A stretch of DNA of 64,000 bases from Armatimonadota bacterium (GTDB lineage Bacteria > Armatimonadota > HRBIN16), in assembly GCA_963677485.1 (NCBI GenBank), contig OY781964.1, positions 2,496,001 through 2,560,000 on the forward strand, in the 5' to 3' direction. A program made the translations under genes and the position numbers. This document shows positions 38,900 through 50,276 of the stretch, one piece after another. Within the stretch, counting starts at the first letter, position 1; the number at the start of each line of letters is the position of its first letter. Below the pieces are notes generated by a model, which was not told the DNA's origin, made no database searches, and was given only the letters and a program-made list of their open reading frames with translations.

Positions 38900-39345
38900 C
38901 ACCCCGGGCCGATCGCCGATCACCCCAACGCGCCAGACCACGCCGGTCTGTTTGTCTGAACCACGGATTACGCGGATGGCACGGATGGGTTCGGATGGAG
39001 AGGGAGGCCAATCAGGCGAAAAGTGTTCGCAGGGGAATTCACTTTGCGTTTTTGCCCCTTTGCTATGAAAATATCATTCGTGCCAATTGCTGGTCTCCAA
39101 GGAACCAGACCGGCGCGGTCTTAAGCCTTCTGCAGCCGTAAGCGTACCGCCAGACCGCCCCAGACATAGGCAATCACCGCGAATAAAAGACCCTTCGCGC
39201 CTTCGCGTCTTCGCGTGAGACCTCCCGCCACCGGTCATTACCTAATCTGCGTCATCTGTGTAATCTGTGGATGTATTCATCCCATTCGTGTTTATTGGTG
39301 TTCATTCGTGGTGAAATGCTCCCCCTTTGCGCCTTTGCGTTGAGA
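38900..39345. repeat. Composite repeat cluster
   Basis: Same modules as at 35417-35801 and 13843-13935. Confidence 0.85.
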
Positions 39346-39399
39346 TGTCATATATCCAACGTCAGATCGCTCCGGACATGGCAATCCGCTGCGTCGAGG

Positions 39400-39864
39400 T
39401 CACCCACCAGCCTGGTCCTGTGTGTATCGTGCTAGTTGCCGGGCCTTCTTCCACCACATCACCATGCTGATGATGTACAGAAGAGTGCTTATTGCCACAG
39501 GCGCACCTAATAACAAGTAGAAGATGAACGCCAAGGGGCTGCCTTCGCCATTGGGACCTTCAATATCACCGTAGCGCACCATAAATGCCAAATGCAGCAG
39601 GAAACCAGGAACCGTGACTATGAATGCGATGGCCGTTGGCGCTATGGAGCTGATGATAGCCCACCTCTTTTGCAGATATAGCCCTCGTCCGATCACAATA
39701 CCCTGTAATATCACGATCACGGTGTAGAGTATCGGGATGCCTAACACCCGACTGTTGGTCGTCTCTAGATTGCCCACGACCAAATAGAGCAGTGCGGTTG
39801 GCCAGAGAAAGCTGAGGCACATGAGTATCCAGCACACAATCAAACCGATCGGCGGCTTCCTCAT
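39400..39864 (-). CDS. Membrane protein of unknown function
   Basis: About four hydrophobic segments; ATGA overlap with the upstream gene. Confidence 0.75.
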   Translation of the reverse strand: MRKPPIGLIVCWILMCLSFLWPTALLYLVVGNLETTNSRVLGIPILYTVIVILQGIVIGRGLYLQKRWAIISSIAPTAIAFIVTVPGFLLHLAFMVRYGDIEGPNGEGSPLAFIFYLLLGAPVAISTLLYIISMVMWWKKARQLARYTQDQAGG

Positions 39865-40352
39865 TCCCGACCATCCTCCGTGGATTTGTTATTACGGCGC
39901 GTGGATGCTGATTTGAGTGCGGATACCTTTCGGCGCTCAAGGCCCGTTAATTGGATGGTCCATGTGGCAAAGGCGACAGTATATGGTAGCGTGCATATCG
40001 CCACTGGCAGTCCACAGAACGCCAGAAGAAGAATCGTGCCCGGCCCGGGTAGTTGATCCATTTCGGGGCTGAAGTACATCAACGGATGGAAAAAAACGCA
40101 AATTGGGTATGCCATCAGCAGGGCCAAGATGGTGGGTAGCAGCGAGGCCACTATCAACCATCTTTTTTGCCGTAGTATTGCTCGTCCAACGACAACACCC
40201 AGGCCAATGACCGCCATCATGTAGGCCGCTGCACGGATGACGTGGTAGGCATCAATGGTGTGGGCCAGGTTCATGTATGTGACCACCGGCCACAGTAAGC
40301 CGAGGCACAGCAAGCCCCAGCATACCATCATCGCAGTGCTGACTAGTTTCAT
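39861..40352 (-). CDS. Membrane protein of unknown function
   Basis: About four hydrophobic segments; start placed by paralogy and a GGGAG RBS. Confidence 0.75.
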   Translation of the reverse strand: MKLVSTAMMVCWGLLCLGLLWPVVTYMNLAHTIDAYHVIRAAAYMMAVIGLGVVVGRAILRQKRWLIVASLLPTILALLMAYPICVFFHPLMYFSPEMDQLPGPGTILLLAFCGLPVAICTLPYTVAFATWTIQLTGLERRKVSALKSASTRRNNKSTEDGRE

Positions 40353-40504
40353 GATACACTCTCCCGTTTTCGGTTCTATATCATTTACGAGGGCTGTGCC
40401 ATTAACCGTTTCATGGGGTGTGTGGGGTGGAACAGAGTCTGTAGGGGCTATACACACGGCTGCTAGCGGGTTGCTGGATGATCAGCGACGGAAGCCGTCA
40501 CTCC

Positions 40505-40750
40505 AGGGTGATCGCCGATCGCCCATACGTGCTAGACCGCATGGATGATTGTCTGAACCACGGATTACGCGGATGGCACGGATGGGTTCGGATGGAGAGG
40601 GAGGCCAATCAGGAGATTGGCGTTCCCAGGGGTATCGCCTTCGCGTGAGACCATATCAATCTGCGTCATCTGCGTAATCTGTGGATGTATTTATCCCATT
40701 CGTGTCTATTTGTGTTCATTCGTGGTTGCATGAAAAAGACCGGCGCGGAT
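40505..40750. repeat. Composite repeat cluster
   Basis: GATCGCCGATCGCCC, TGTCTGAACCACGGA..CCCAGGG, CGCGTGAGAC, AATCTGTGGAT and ATTCGTG modules. Confidence 0.85.
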
Positions 40751-40782
40751 AGGGCAAATCGCACCGGTCTATGCAAACAAAG

Positions 40783-41310
40783 TTAGTCCATGTACCAAAG
40801 CGAGGGATGGGCGGCGATCCGCGCGACCTCGCGGGGGTTCGCAAACTCCAGCTTGTGCGCCAGCTCATGCACTCGGGCGTAATCTGATCGGCAGAACCTC
40901 TGCCAGTCGAAATACCGCAGTCCCAGGTTCAAAGTGCGCAGCGCACTGGCGACGTACTCCTCAGCCTCATCACAAGCCCAGTCCTCAAAAGAATCACCAG
41001 TGAGGTCTTCCTCGGTGCCGAGTTCAGCGGGCAAATAGGCGTGGCGTTTCTCTGAGGGGTTGTTGAAACTGAGGCACATTCCGAGGTAGGCATAGGCGAG
41101 CGCTTCGTAGTCTTCGAGGTTGGTGGGGTCGCAGTGAATAGCCCAGCGCAGTTCGCGGATATGGTGCCGGAGCTCCTCGCGTCGGGCCCGCAGGCTCTCC
41201 TGGACCTCCATAAGGCCTAGTGGAGCCAAAAGATCCTCATAACCAGGATCTGGATTTATGTCCTGAAACATGATACTTCCCTCCGCAACAATAGTTGAAG
41301 GCCGTTTCAC
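40783..41310 (-). CDS. Hypothetical helical protein (possible single TPR)
   Basis: LRWAIHCDPTNLEDYEALAYAY; otherwise unrecognised. Confidence 0.6.
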   Translation of the reverse strand: MKRPSTIVAEGSIMFQDINPDPGYEDLLAPLGLMEVQESLRARREELRHHIRELRWAIHCDPTNLEDYEALAYAYLGMCLSFNNPSEKRHAYLPAELGTEEDLTGDSFEDWACDEAEEYVASALRTLNLGLRYFDWQRFCRSDYARVHELAHKLEFANPREVARIAAHPSLWYMD

Positions 41311-41489
41311 ACACGGTCAGGAATCACGCAACATATACTGTTTCTCCAGTGGATGCTCGAATTCCTGCATACATCCTGTCTCGGAATGAAAACCAAGTAT
41401 CATTACCAGCTTATCTGGTAATAATGAAGGTATTTCACGCCTGTTCATAGAATACACTGAGTATGTTAAGAATCTGGGAGGATGCGTCT

Positions 41490-43007
41490 ATGGCCAAACC
41501 AAATATCCTGTATGTCATGTGCGACCAGTTGAGAGCGGATGTAATCGGGGCACTCGGCAACAGCCGAATCTCCACGCCGAACATCGACCGGCTGGTGAAG
41601 CGCGGCGTCGCTTTCACCAACTGCTACAGCAGTTGCCCCGTGTGCGTGCCGGCGCGCTATACCATTCGTACCGGCAGAGACCCCAAAACCACGGGCATCT
41701 ACAATAACGGTGGCCCTAGCCTGACGCCAGACCAACCTGCAGGCATGGAAGATCGCTGCGGTGACTATCTGGCCCGCACACTCAGCAAGCAGGGTTACCG
41801 CACATTTGGTGTGGGCAAGTTCCACTGCCACCCGGATGCGTTTGAAGACCTCGGTTATGATGAGCAGTTGTGGTCGGAAGAGATCATGGGCAGTGCGGCG
41901 GCACGCAAAGCCGACACCTACACCAACTGGATCGATACGGAGCACCCCCAGTTTTCTTTTGTCGAGCAGCTCATGGGTGAACGCAGCGACATGTATTACA
42001 TTCCGCAGGCCAGCCCCATGCCCAAAGAGCTGACGGTGGAGAGCTGGGCGGCTGACCGCGCGACGGAGTTCATCAACAAGCAGAAGCAGGCGCCGTGGTT
42101 TGCGTTTGTCAGCTTCGTGGGACCGCACCCTCCGCTGGCTCCACCCGTGCCGTTCAATCGCATGTATAACCCGCTGAACATGCCTGCGGCGGTTCTAGGC
42201 GACATCGCCGCCGACCACATGGATGAGCAGATTCCCTTCATGAACTATGCGGTATGGGCCGATCAGGTCAGTCCCATTCTGAACCAGCAGTTGTGGGCCC
42301 GGTATTATGGCGAGGTGAGCTACATCGACTGGTGCCTGGGCCGTATCCTGGACGCGGTGGAGAAGCGTGAGGACGCCGACAACACGCTGATCGCCTTCTT
42401 CGCTGACCATGGCGACCACTTGGGCGACCACCACGCCTGGCAGAAGGAGAGCTTCTTTGAAGCGAGCTGCCACGTGCCGATGGTGGTCAGTTGGCCCACC
42501 CAACTCAAGGCGGGTGTAAGGGATGATCAGTTGGCAGCACTTGTCGACCTGTTCTGCCTGGCCACCACCGCCGCAGGAAGTCCGGAGCTGCGTGACGGCT
42601 GGGACATCCTGGGTGCGCACAAGGGCGCGTCGCCTCGACGTGAGGCCTATTACGGCACCTATGGGCAGCCGGGCACCAATATGTTCAAATCGATGATCCG
42701 CTGGCACGAATGGAAGCTGATATTCATTAGCAACGGCGGCCGAGTGCAGTTATTCAACCTGCAGGATGACCCCGATGAACTGCATAACCTGGCAGCCTCA
42801 CATCCCAAAACCAAAGAGCGACTGTTGAACTGGCTGATGGAAGAGATGCAGAAGCATCCCAATACCCGGCGAGCCACCGGCCCAGACGGCCTGATCGTTC
42901 ACCCGTTCACCGCCTTACCCCGATCCCGCATGTGCCAGTTCGCTTACCCTGGCCCTGTGGGCAAATTCTACCCCGACGATCCCAAGAGTATCTACGCAGA
43001 GCTGTAG
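41490..43007 (+). CDS. Formylglycine-dependent sulfatase
   Basis: PNILYVMCDQ, CVPAR, GKFH, PHPP, DHG motifs. Confidence 0.93.
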   Translation: MAKPNILYVMCDQLRADVIGALGNSRISTPNIDRLVKRGVAFTNCYSSCPVCVPARYTIRTGRDPKTTGIYNNGGPSLTPDQPAGMEDRCGDYLARTLSKQGYRTFGVGKFHCHPDAFEDLGYDEQLWSEEIMGSAAARKADTYTNWIDTEHPQFSFVEQLMGERSDMYYIPQASPMPKELTVESWAADRATEFINKQKQAPWFAFVSFVGPHPPLAPPVPFNRMYNPLNMPAAVLGDIAADHMDEQIPFMNYAVWADQVSPILNQQLWARYYGEVSYIDWCLGRILDAVEKREDADNTLIAFFADHGDHLGDHHAWQKESFFEASCHVPMVVSWPTQLKAGVRDDQLAALVDLFCLATTAAGSPELRDGWDILGAHKGASPRREAYYGTYGQPGTNMFKSMIRWHEWKLIFISNGGRVQLFNLQDDPDELHNLAASHPKTKERLLNWLMEEMQKHPNTRRATGPDGLIVHPFTALPRSRMCQFAYPGPVGKFYPDDPKSIYAEL

Positions 43008-43018
43008 TTGTCGTCCGA

Positions 43019-43052
43019 GCCTGCCGTCAGCGAATCCTTCTGACGGCAGGAT
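43019..43052 (+). terminator. Hairpin downstream of the sulfatase gene
   Basis: CCTGCCGTCAG / CTGACGGCAGG stem; no T tract. Confidence 0.5.
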
Positions 43053-43098
43053 GCCTCTAACATAACGAGAACTATAACGCCAAGATACGGAGGGTGAT

Positions 43099-44580
43099 AT
43101 GAAGCCCAATTACCACATTTTTGCTGCCATTTCCGCCGCCTCCCTGCTCATCGCCTCGGGATGTGCCCACAAAGAAGAAACACCAGCCAGTAAATCCCCG
43201 TCCACTCCGGTGAATGTCACCGTGATGACTGTCGCGCCGGTGGACACCACCGAGACGATCACCATGAGCGGCCAGGTCGAATCGGAGTTCAAGGCCGACT
43301 TAGCCACCCGCGTGATGGGGCGCGTCTCTTCAGTGCTGGTGCGCGAGGGTGATTCCGTGCGCAAGGGGCAGTTGCTGGCCACGCTGGAATCGGCCGACCT
43401 GAATGCGGGGATATCCCAGGCCCAGGCGAACTTGAATGCCGCGCAGGCGGGCTATCACAACGCGATCACCGCCGCCAGCATGGAACAGAAGATGAGCGAT
43501 GCACGCATCGCGGTGGCTAAAAGCCGCATCCAGCAGGCCCAGTCCGGCATCGAATCGGCTAAAGCACGGCTGCAACTTGTGCAGAGCGGACCGCGGAAGC
43601 AGGAGCGTGCTCAAGCAGGCTTAGCAGTGGATCAGGCGAAAGCGTCATATGAGCTAGCCGCCAGCAACCTTCGACGCAACAAATCGCTTTTGGACGATGG
43701 TGCCATCAGCAAACAGATGTTTGACCAGACCCAGATGCAGTATGACGTGGCGAATGCTCAACTGCGCAGCGCACAGCAGGCGCAGAGCATGTCCGATGAG
43801 GGCAGCCGACAGGAAGACATCAGCAGTGCTCGCGAGGGTTTGCGCCAGGCCGAAGCAGAGCTGGTGACGGCGAAGCAGGGCCTCACCCAGGCCCTGGCCT
43901 CAGCAGGACAGGTGACGGTGCGCCAGCAGGAGGTGAAGGTGGCCCAAAGCGCGATCATGCAGATGAACGCCGCTAAGCAGATGGCCACAGTGAACCGCAG
44001 TTATGCGGAGATCCGTGCCCCCTTCAACGGCATCATCACCACCCGACTGGTTGATAACGGCAGCCTGGCTAACCCCGGTGCGCCTCTTCTGAAAATCGAG
44101 GGCGGCAAGATGCGGTTCCTAGCCACCGTGCCTGAGAGCAATCTGAAGGCGGTGACCACAGGGCAACAGCTCGCGGTCTTCATCCAGGCACTCGGTAGCT
44201 CCATCAACGGCAAGGTGTCTGAAATCCCTGCCGTCGCTAACCCGGCCACTCATACCGCGGTCGTGAAACTGGATATCCCAGCCAAACTCACCAAGTCGGG
44301 CATGTTTGGGCGCGCAGAGCTTCCCGTAGGCAGTGCCAGGCGTCTGCTGGTGCCCCAGTCGGCGGTATGGAGCCGCGACGGGCTGAGCTACATATATACT
44401 GTTGAGAATGAGGGCAGCAGGAAGCTGTCGCTGCGCATTGTCACCGTGGGGGAGCCGGTGGGCGACATGCTGCCTGTGCTCAGCGGTGTAGAGCGCGGTG
44501 ATCTGGTGGTTCTGGAGGGCCGATCGGCCGGCGTGGATGGCCAGCCCGCCAATGTATCGGTACAGAGGTCACAGCGATGA
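43099..44580 (+). CDS. RND efflux periplasmic adaptor subunit (lipoprotein)
   Basis: ASGC lipobox; [13 protein letters not shown] and IRAPFNG lipoyl motifs; long coiled coil. Confidence 0.92.
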   Translation: MKPNYHIFAAISAASLLIASGCAHKEETPASKSPSTPVNVTVMTVAPVDTTETITMSGQVESEFKADLATRVMGRVSSVLVREGDSVRKGQLLATLESADLNAGISQAQANLNAAQAGYHNAITAASMEQKMSDARIAVAKSRIQQAQSGIESAKARLQLVQSGPRKQERAQAGLAVDQAKASYELAASNLRRNKSLLDDGAISKQMFDQTQMQYDVANAQLRSAQQAQSMSDEGSRQEDISSAREGLRQAEAELVTAKQGLTQALASAGQVTVRQQEVKVAQSAIMQMNAAKQMATVNRSYAEIRAPFNGIITTRLVDNGSLANPGAPLLKIEGGKMRFLATVPESNLKAVTTGQQLAVFIQALGSSINGKVSEIPAVANPATHTAVVKLDIPAKLTKSGMFGRAELPVGSARRLLVPQSAVWSRDGLSYIYTVENEGSRKLSLRIVTVGEPVGDMLPVLSGVERGDLVVLEGRSAGVDGQPANVSVQRSQR

Positions 44581-47500
44581 AACTGGGGATAGCTGGCCGA
44601 CTTGCCTCGTTGTTCGTCAACAGTAAACTGACACCGCTGGTGATCATCGCCTCATTGCTGCTGGGTGGTTTCGCGGTCATGAAAACCCCGCGCGAAGAGG
44701 AGCCGCAAATCATCGTGCCAATGGCGGATGTCATCGTGCAGATGCCCGGTGCTTCGTCGCACGATATCGAACGCCGCGTGACCACTCCCATGGAGCAACT
44801 GATCTGGGAGATACCCGGTGTGGAGTATGTATACAGCACCTCCATGCCCGGCAGCAGTATGGTGGTGGTCCGGTTTCTGGTAGGGCAGGACCAAGAGGCG
44901 GCTTACGAGCGGCTTCGCGACAAGCTCCACGCGAATTTCGACATCATCCCCCGTGGATGCAGCGAGCCGATCATCAAACCGCGCAGCATTGACGATGTGC
45001 CCATCCTGGCCATGACGCTGCACAGTTCGAAATACGACGACCTGACCCTGCGGCAGATCGCCGCGGCGATACAGGTTCAAATCAAGCAGCTCCCAAATGT
45101 CAGCGAAACGCACATCATCGGAGGACGCCGGCGTGAGATGGGGGTCAAGCTGGACAGGGCGGCGTTGGCAGCGTATGGTCTGACCCTGGATGGCGTGAGC
45201 GATGCGCTTCAGACAGCCAACCAGCGCCTTCAGACCGGTGCCTATTCTAAAGACGACCGCAATGCTCCGGTGGCATCCGGCCAGTTGGTGCGCACCAAGC
45301 AGGCTTTGGGTGATATCGTGGTGGGCCAAAGCAACGGTCAACCGGTGCTGCTTAAGAATGTAGCTAACCTGACCGACGGGCCAGAGGAGCCCACGAACTA
45401 TGTGCTGTTTGGGCATGGCGGTGAAGAAGCTGGCAGCGTGCTGGAAAACGCAGTGACGCTGAGCGTGGCCAAACGCCAGGGCAAAAACGCCATTGAGATC
45501 GCCGAAGAGGTGATCAAAAAAGTGGACGCGCTGAAGGGCAGTCTGGTGCCAAAAGACGTGCAGATCACCATCACCCGAAACTACGGCGAAACTGCCAGCG
45601 AAAAATCTAACGAGCTGCTGCTACACATGATGATTGCGGTGGTGAGCGTGACGCTGCTGATCGCAGTGGCCTTAGGACGCAAGGAGTCGCTGGTGGTGCT
45701 GGTCGCCATTCCTGTGACACTCGGCTTGACCCTGTTGATGTTCTACCTATACGGTTACACGCTGAACCGCATCACGCTGTTCGCGCTCATCTTCAGCATC
45801 GGTATTCTGGTGGATGATGCCATCGTGGTGGTGGAGAACATCGTGCGCCACTATCGTATGCCGGATGAAAGCCGCATGCCCCCGCTGGAGGCGGCCATCC
45901 ACGCGGTGGATGAAGTGGGCAACCCCACCATTCTGGCAACCTTCGCGGTCATCGCGGCCATCCTGCCCATGGCATTTGTGGGCGGCTTGATGGGTCCGTA
46001 TATGCGCCCCATCCCGGTGGGTGCCAGTGCGGCCATGCTCTTCTCGCTGATCGTGGCGTTCATCGTCACCCCGTGGGCCGCGCTCCGGCTGTTGAAAAGC
46101 GAGCACGGCAAAGCCGCGCACTCCCACGGCGAGAAAGAAGACTGGAGCGCGAGGCTCTACAAAAAGATCATGTGCCCGCTTTTGGACAGCCGAGTCAAGC
46201 GGAACAGCTTCCTGGGCGGCGTTCTTATACTCCTTATCGCAGCATGCAGCCTGGTGGGCTTCAAGCTGGTGATCGTGAAGATGCTGCCGTTTGACAACAA
46301 GAACGAGTTCCAGATCATCGTGGACATGCCCCAGGATGCGACTCTTGAGCGCACCCTCGCGGCCAGCAAGGCGCTTGCCCACGCGGTGAGCGACGCGCCT
46401 GAAGTGGAAAACTTCCAGATATACGCCGGTACCGCCAGCCCTTACACCTTCAATGGACTGGTCCGGCACTACTTCAACCGCAGTGCCGCCTTCCAGGCCG
46501 ATGTGCAGGTCAATCTACTGCCGAAGAATAAGCGCAAGGCGCAAAGCCACGCCATCGCCAAACGGCTGCGTCCCGCCATTGAGAAGGTCGCGAAAGAGTG
46601 GGGAGTGCGTGTCAAAATTTCTGAGGTGCCGCCAGGTCCTCCCGTGCTGCAGACTTTAGTAGCTGAAATCTACGGCCCCACACCGGAGAAACGCACCGAA
46701 GTGGCCCAGAAGATCAAGCAGATTTTCCACGATAATCCCAACGTGGTGGACGTGGACTGGTATCAAGATGACCCCATCCCCGTGGTGAACATGCAGGTCG
46801 ACCGCGAGAAGGCGGCTTTACTGGGCGTCGACACCGCATCGGTCAACCGCACCATGGCTACCGCACTCAGCGGGGCGCAGGTGGGACTGCTGGGAGTGTC
46901 GGAATCCCGTGAGGACATACCGATCCGTGTCACGATCCCCAGGGCGCAGAGGTCCGGGGCCGATCAGTTGTCGCAGCTCACCGTGATGGCCCGGGACGGC
47001 CATGCCGTGCCGCTTCAGGAGCTGGTGATGGCGAAGATGGAACGGCCAGATCAGTCGATCTACCATAAAAACCTGATGCCTGTGGTTTATGTCACGGGCG
47101 ATGTCGGCGGGCATTTGGAAAGTCCTGTTTATGCTATCCTGGGCATGAATGAGGCGATATCAGCCTTGAAATTGCCGGATGGCAAGCTGCCGATACTCAC
47201 TGTCGCACTGCCCACCGGTGACGACACGCCGTCGCTCAAATGGGATGGCGAGTGGTATATCACCTACGAGGTGTTCCGCGACCTCGGCATCGCGTTCGCT
47301 GTGGTTCTGGTGTTGATCTATATCCTGGTGGTGGCCTGGTTCCAGGACTTCCTAATCCCGCTGGTGATTATGGCCCCCATCCCGCTCACTCTGGTGGGCA
47401 TCCTGCCGGCGCACGCCATGATGGGTGCGTTCTTCACCGCCACCAGCATGATCGGCTTCATCGCAGGCGCTGGAATCATCGTCAGGAATAGCATCATTCT

Positions 47501-47795
47501 AGTGGACTTCATCGAGCTGCGTATCAAACAGGGGTTACCCTTACGAGAAGCGGTCATCGATGCGGGCACCACGCGATTCCGACCGATGCTGCTCACCGCG
47601 GCGGCGGTCATCGTGGGCTCATCCGTGATCCTGTTTGACCCCATCTTCCAGGGTCTGGCCATCGCGCTGATGGCGGGTGAGATCGCATCCACGCTGCTGT
47701 CACGGTTCGCGGTGCCAGTGCTTTACTATATTCTCCGTGTGCATGCTAAACAACCAAAACCAGCCATCGCTGGGGAAAAAGGAGTATGTCCATGA
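44577..47795 (+). CDS. RND efflux permease subunit (AcrB family)
   Basis: [31 protein letters not shown] motifs. Confidence 0.95.
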   Translation: MKLGIAGRLASLFVNSKLTPLVIIASLLLGGFAVMKTPREEEPQIIVPMADVIVQMPGASSHDIERRVTTPMEQLIWEIPGVEYVYSTSMPGSSMVVVRFLVGQDQEAAYERLRDKLHANFDIIPRGCSEPIIKPRSIDDVPILAMTLHSSKYDDLTLRQIAAAIQVQIKQLPNVSETHIIGGRRREMGVKLDRAALAAYGLTLDGVSDALQTANQRLQTGAYSKDDRNAPVASGQLVRTKQALGDIVVGQSNGQPVLLKNVANLTDGPEEPTNYVLFGHGGEEAGSVLENAVTLSVAKRQGKNAIEIAEEVIKKVDALKGSLVPKDVQITITRNYGETASEKSNELLLHMMIAVVSVTLLIAVALGRKESLVVLVAIPVTLGLTLLMFYLYGYTLNRITLFALIFSIGILVDDAIVVVENIVRHYRMPDESRMPPLEAAIHAVDEVGNPTILATFAVIAAILPMAFVGGLMGPYMRPIPVGASAAMLFSLIVAFIVTPWAALRLLKSEHGKAAHSHGEKEDWSARLYKKIMCPLLDSRVKRNSFLGGVLILLIAACSLVGFKLVIVKMLPFDNKNEFQIIVDMPQDATLERTLAASKALAHAVSDAPEVENFQIYAGTASPYTFNGLVRHYFNRSAAFQADVQVNLLPKNKRKAQSHAIAKRLRPAIEKVAKEWGVRVKISEVPPGPPVLQTLVAEIYGPTPEKRTEVAQKIKQIFHDNPNVVDVDWYQDDPIPVVNMQVDREKAALLGVDTASVNRTMATALSGAQVGLLGVSESREDIPIRVTIPRAQRSGADQLSQLTVMARDGHAVPLQELVMAKMERPDQSIYHKNLMPVVYVTGDVGGHLESPVYAILGMNEAISALKLPDGKLPILTVALPTGDDTPSLKWDGEWYITYEVFRDLGIAFAVVLVLIYILVVAWFQDFLIPLVIMAPIPLTLVGILPAHAMMGAFFTATSMIGFIAGAGIIVRNSIILVDFIELRIKQGLPLREAVIDAGTTRFRPMLLTAAAVIVGSSVILFDPIFQGLAIALMAGEIASTLLSRFAVPVLYYILRVHAKQPKPAIAGEKGVCP

Positions 47796-48019
47796 CAGTC
47801 GACCGATATATACGAATGATCGCCGGGATGCTAATCGTCGTGAGTGTGGCTCTTGGGCACTGGGTGAACCCGTGGTGGTTTGCGTTCACCGCCTTCGTGG
47901 GGCTGAACCTGCTGCAGAGCGCATTCACCAACTGGTGCCCCATGATCGCCCTGCTGCGAAAGAACGGCGTGCCAGAGAACGTGACGCCGCCCTGCTGCAG
48001 CAAGGCGGAGCAGCCGTAG
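47786..48019 (+). CDS. DUF2892/YgaP-like membrane protein
   Basis: [16 protein letters not shown] motif. Confidence 0.9.
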   Translation: MSMTVDRYIRMIAGMLIVVSVALGHWVNPWWFAFTAFVGLNLLQSAFTNWCPMIALLRKNGVPENVTPPCCSKAEQP

Positions 48020-48089
48020 ACGAGTGCGTATTCAGTTTGTGGATGACCACATAAGGGTCATCCACAAACGCAAAGAACAAGCCAACCGC

Positions 48090-49325
48090 CTATTTCGCGG
48101 CGAGGATCCTTCGGCGCAGCATGTCCAACGCACTCTGGCTCGCACGCCACTGGATCACATCGCGCTGGGCACCGAACAGCCGCTTCTCTGCCACGACGCC
48201 ATCAGGACCAGCCACGGCAAGCCACACCATGCCTACAGGCTTCTCGGCGGTTCCGCCATCTGGTCCGGCGATGCCGGTGGTGCTGATCGCCCAATCCACA
48301 CCCAGCCGCTGACGCACGCCCTCGGCCATCTCGCAGGCGGTCTGTTCGCTGACCGCGCCATGTGTTGTCAGTGTCTGCTCATTCACGCCCAGGATATCCC
48401 GCTTGATGCGGTTGTCATACGCCACCACCGCGCCCATCAACGCCCGGCTGGCCCCGGACACTCCGCTGAATCTGTGAGCGATCAACCCGCCAGTACAGCT
48501 CTCGGCGGTCGCGACGGTCTGACCCTTCGCCCACAGCAACTCCATGACGGCCTGTTCGAGGGTGGTGTCATCCAGCCCATACAGGTTGTCACCTAGTGCC
48601 TCACGGCACTGCTGCTCGCAGGTGTCGAGTAGCTGCATGCACTCGCTCTCAGTTTCCCCTGCGGCGGTGATGCGGAAGTGGACCTCACCCAGCTTGGCGT
48701 ATGGTGCCAGAGTGGGGTTTGGGCAGCTCAGCAGATGCGACAGCCTTTCCTCGGCTGCCGCTTCCCCAAGCGCCATCACACGGATGACACGCGACATCAA
48801 CTGCACATTGTTACTGGCAGCCAGGAAGGGTGCTACAGCAGCTTCAAACATCGGCAGGCATTCGTTAGGTGGGCCAGGCAGAGCAAACAGGTGCTTTCCG
48901 TGCCACTCCACGTGGATGCCCGGGGCGGTGCCATTGGGGTTGTCGATCGGTTCTGCGGTGCTGGGACGCATCGCCTGTCGATACTGGCTATTCGTCAGGT
49001 TGAAGCTGCGCTTGCTGAACAGCGCGATCAGCTCTTCTTTCAGCCTCTCGTCTAGTATCAGCTCATCGCCGATCGCTCCTGCTATCCCATCGCGGGTGAT
49101 GTCATCCTCAGTGGGGCCCAGTCCACCCATGGCAATCACCACATCCGATCGGTCGAGGGCACGTTTCAGCACCTCTGTCAACCGAGGAAGGTTATCGCCT
49201 ACGGTCTGCCTGTAAAGTGCTCTGCTGCCCAGCTCTGGCAGACGGGCTGCAATGGCGGCGGCATTGGTATCAGTGATCATTCCCATCAATAATTCGGTGC
49301 CGATGGAGATTATCTCAACAATCAT
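48090..49325 (-). CDS. cinA: Competence/damage-inducible protein A (NMN deamidase)
   Basis: IGTELL, GGLGPT.DD, AESCTGG, GAVS, TGIAGP motifs. Confidence 0.95.
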   Translation of the reverse strand: MIVEIISIGTELLMGMITDTNAAAIAARLPELGSRALYRQTVGDNLPRLTEVLKRALDRSDVVIAMGGLGPTEDDITRDGIAGAIGDELILDERLKEELIALFSKRSFNLTNSQYRQAMRPSTAEPIDNPNGTAPGIHVEWHGKHLFALPGPPNECLPMFEAAVAPFLAASNNVQLMSRVIRVMALGEAAAEERLSHLLSCPNPTLAPYAKLGEVHFRITAAGETESECMQLLDTCEQQCREALGDNLYGLDDTTLEQAVMELLWAKGQTVATAESCTGGLIAHRFSGVSGASRALMGAVVAYDNRIKRDILGVNEQTLTTHGAVSEQTACEMAEGVRQRLGVDWAISTTGIAGPDGGTAEKPVGMVWLAVAGPDGVVAEKRLFGAQRDVIQWRASQSALDMLRRRILAAK

Positions 49326-49408
49326 GTAGCGCTCCTGTGGTGGTGTTCTATCCTCAGATTACCGCGTTCCAGCACGAATCACCAGCCAACAAACATGCAT
49401 AGGCACCG

Positions 49409-50221
49409 CTATCCACCGTTCTGGCGGTACTGGCTGGGTGATATGCCGTAGTGCTTTTTGAAGGCACGGCTGAAGTGGAAGGGGCTGCCGTAGCCGTAAC
49501 GCTCCGCGAGCTGGACGATACTGCCGCTTTCCATGCGCAATGCACTGGCGGCCAGGCTCAGACGGAGCTGGTCCTGGTAGCTTTTCGGCCCGACAGCCAG
49601 CACCCTGACAAACGCCTGACGCAGCCAACGTTCACTGACATGTATCTGGTAAGCTATTTCGTTGACAGAGGGCGATTCCGATATCTGCTGCTTCATGATG
49701 TCCACCGCCTGCCACACCATTTGCCTCATGTTTTGGGTGTAGTCACCCCGTGAGGGCATCTGCCACAGCCACCTGCAGAACAGTGCGGCAAACAGGGCGT
49801 TAGCGGCGGTCTGGGCCGCCTGGTCGGGTATGTCCAACTGTTGCATGATCTGTGAGATGCTGAGGATTTCAAACTCATCCACTGGCAGCATATAGATGGT
49901 GTCCAACTCAACGCCAGAGTGGTGCATCGGCTGCATTTCAAACCAGTCAAAGGCCCACCGTGAGCCTGTGGTGTGGTAATAGCGGATACTGGGCACCTCG
50001 ACTAATAGAAGGCTGCCTGCGGTCAGTTCAAAGCGTCGTTCACCGCTCAGTTCCAGTAGCCCCTCACCAGAATGCGTGCGGATCAGAATCATGTGATGCT
50101 CGGTCTGCCGCTGTGGACGCGCAGAGTAGACCGCATCGGCATCCACATGCCACATGCTCAGAAGCTGCACCGGTGCAGGAGGGCTGCCCAGCTTATTCAC
50201 AGAGTGGGTGTTTGTCTTCAT
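49409..50221 (-). CDS. AraC family transcriptional regulator
   Basis: C-terminal GYGSPFHFSRAFKKHYGISP. Confidence 0.93.
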   Translation of the reverse strand: MKTNTHSVNKLGSPPAPVQLLSMWHVDADAVYSARPQRQTEHHMILIRTHSGEGLLELSGERRFELTAGSLLLVEVPSIRYYHTTGSRWAFDWFEMQPMHHSGVELDTIYMLPVDEFEILSISQIMQQLDIPDQAAQTAANALFAALFCRWLWQMPSRGDYTQNMRQMVWQAVDIMKQQISESPSVNEIAYQIHVSERWLRQAFVRVLAVGPKSYQDQLRLSLAASALRMESGSIVQLAERYGYGSPFHFSRAFKKHYGISPSQYRQNGG

Positions 50222-50276
50222 ATCAGTGCGGCATAGTGATCGGTCTACCTACCTGGGCAACTGCCTCGTCATGCAC

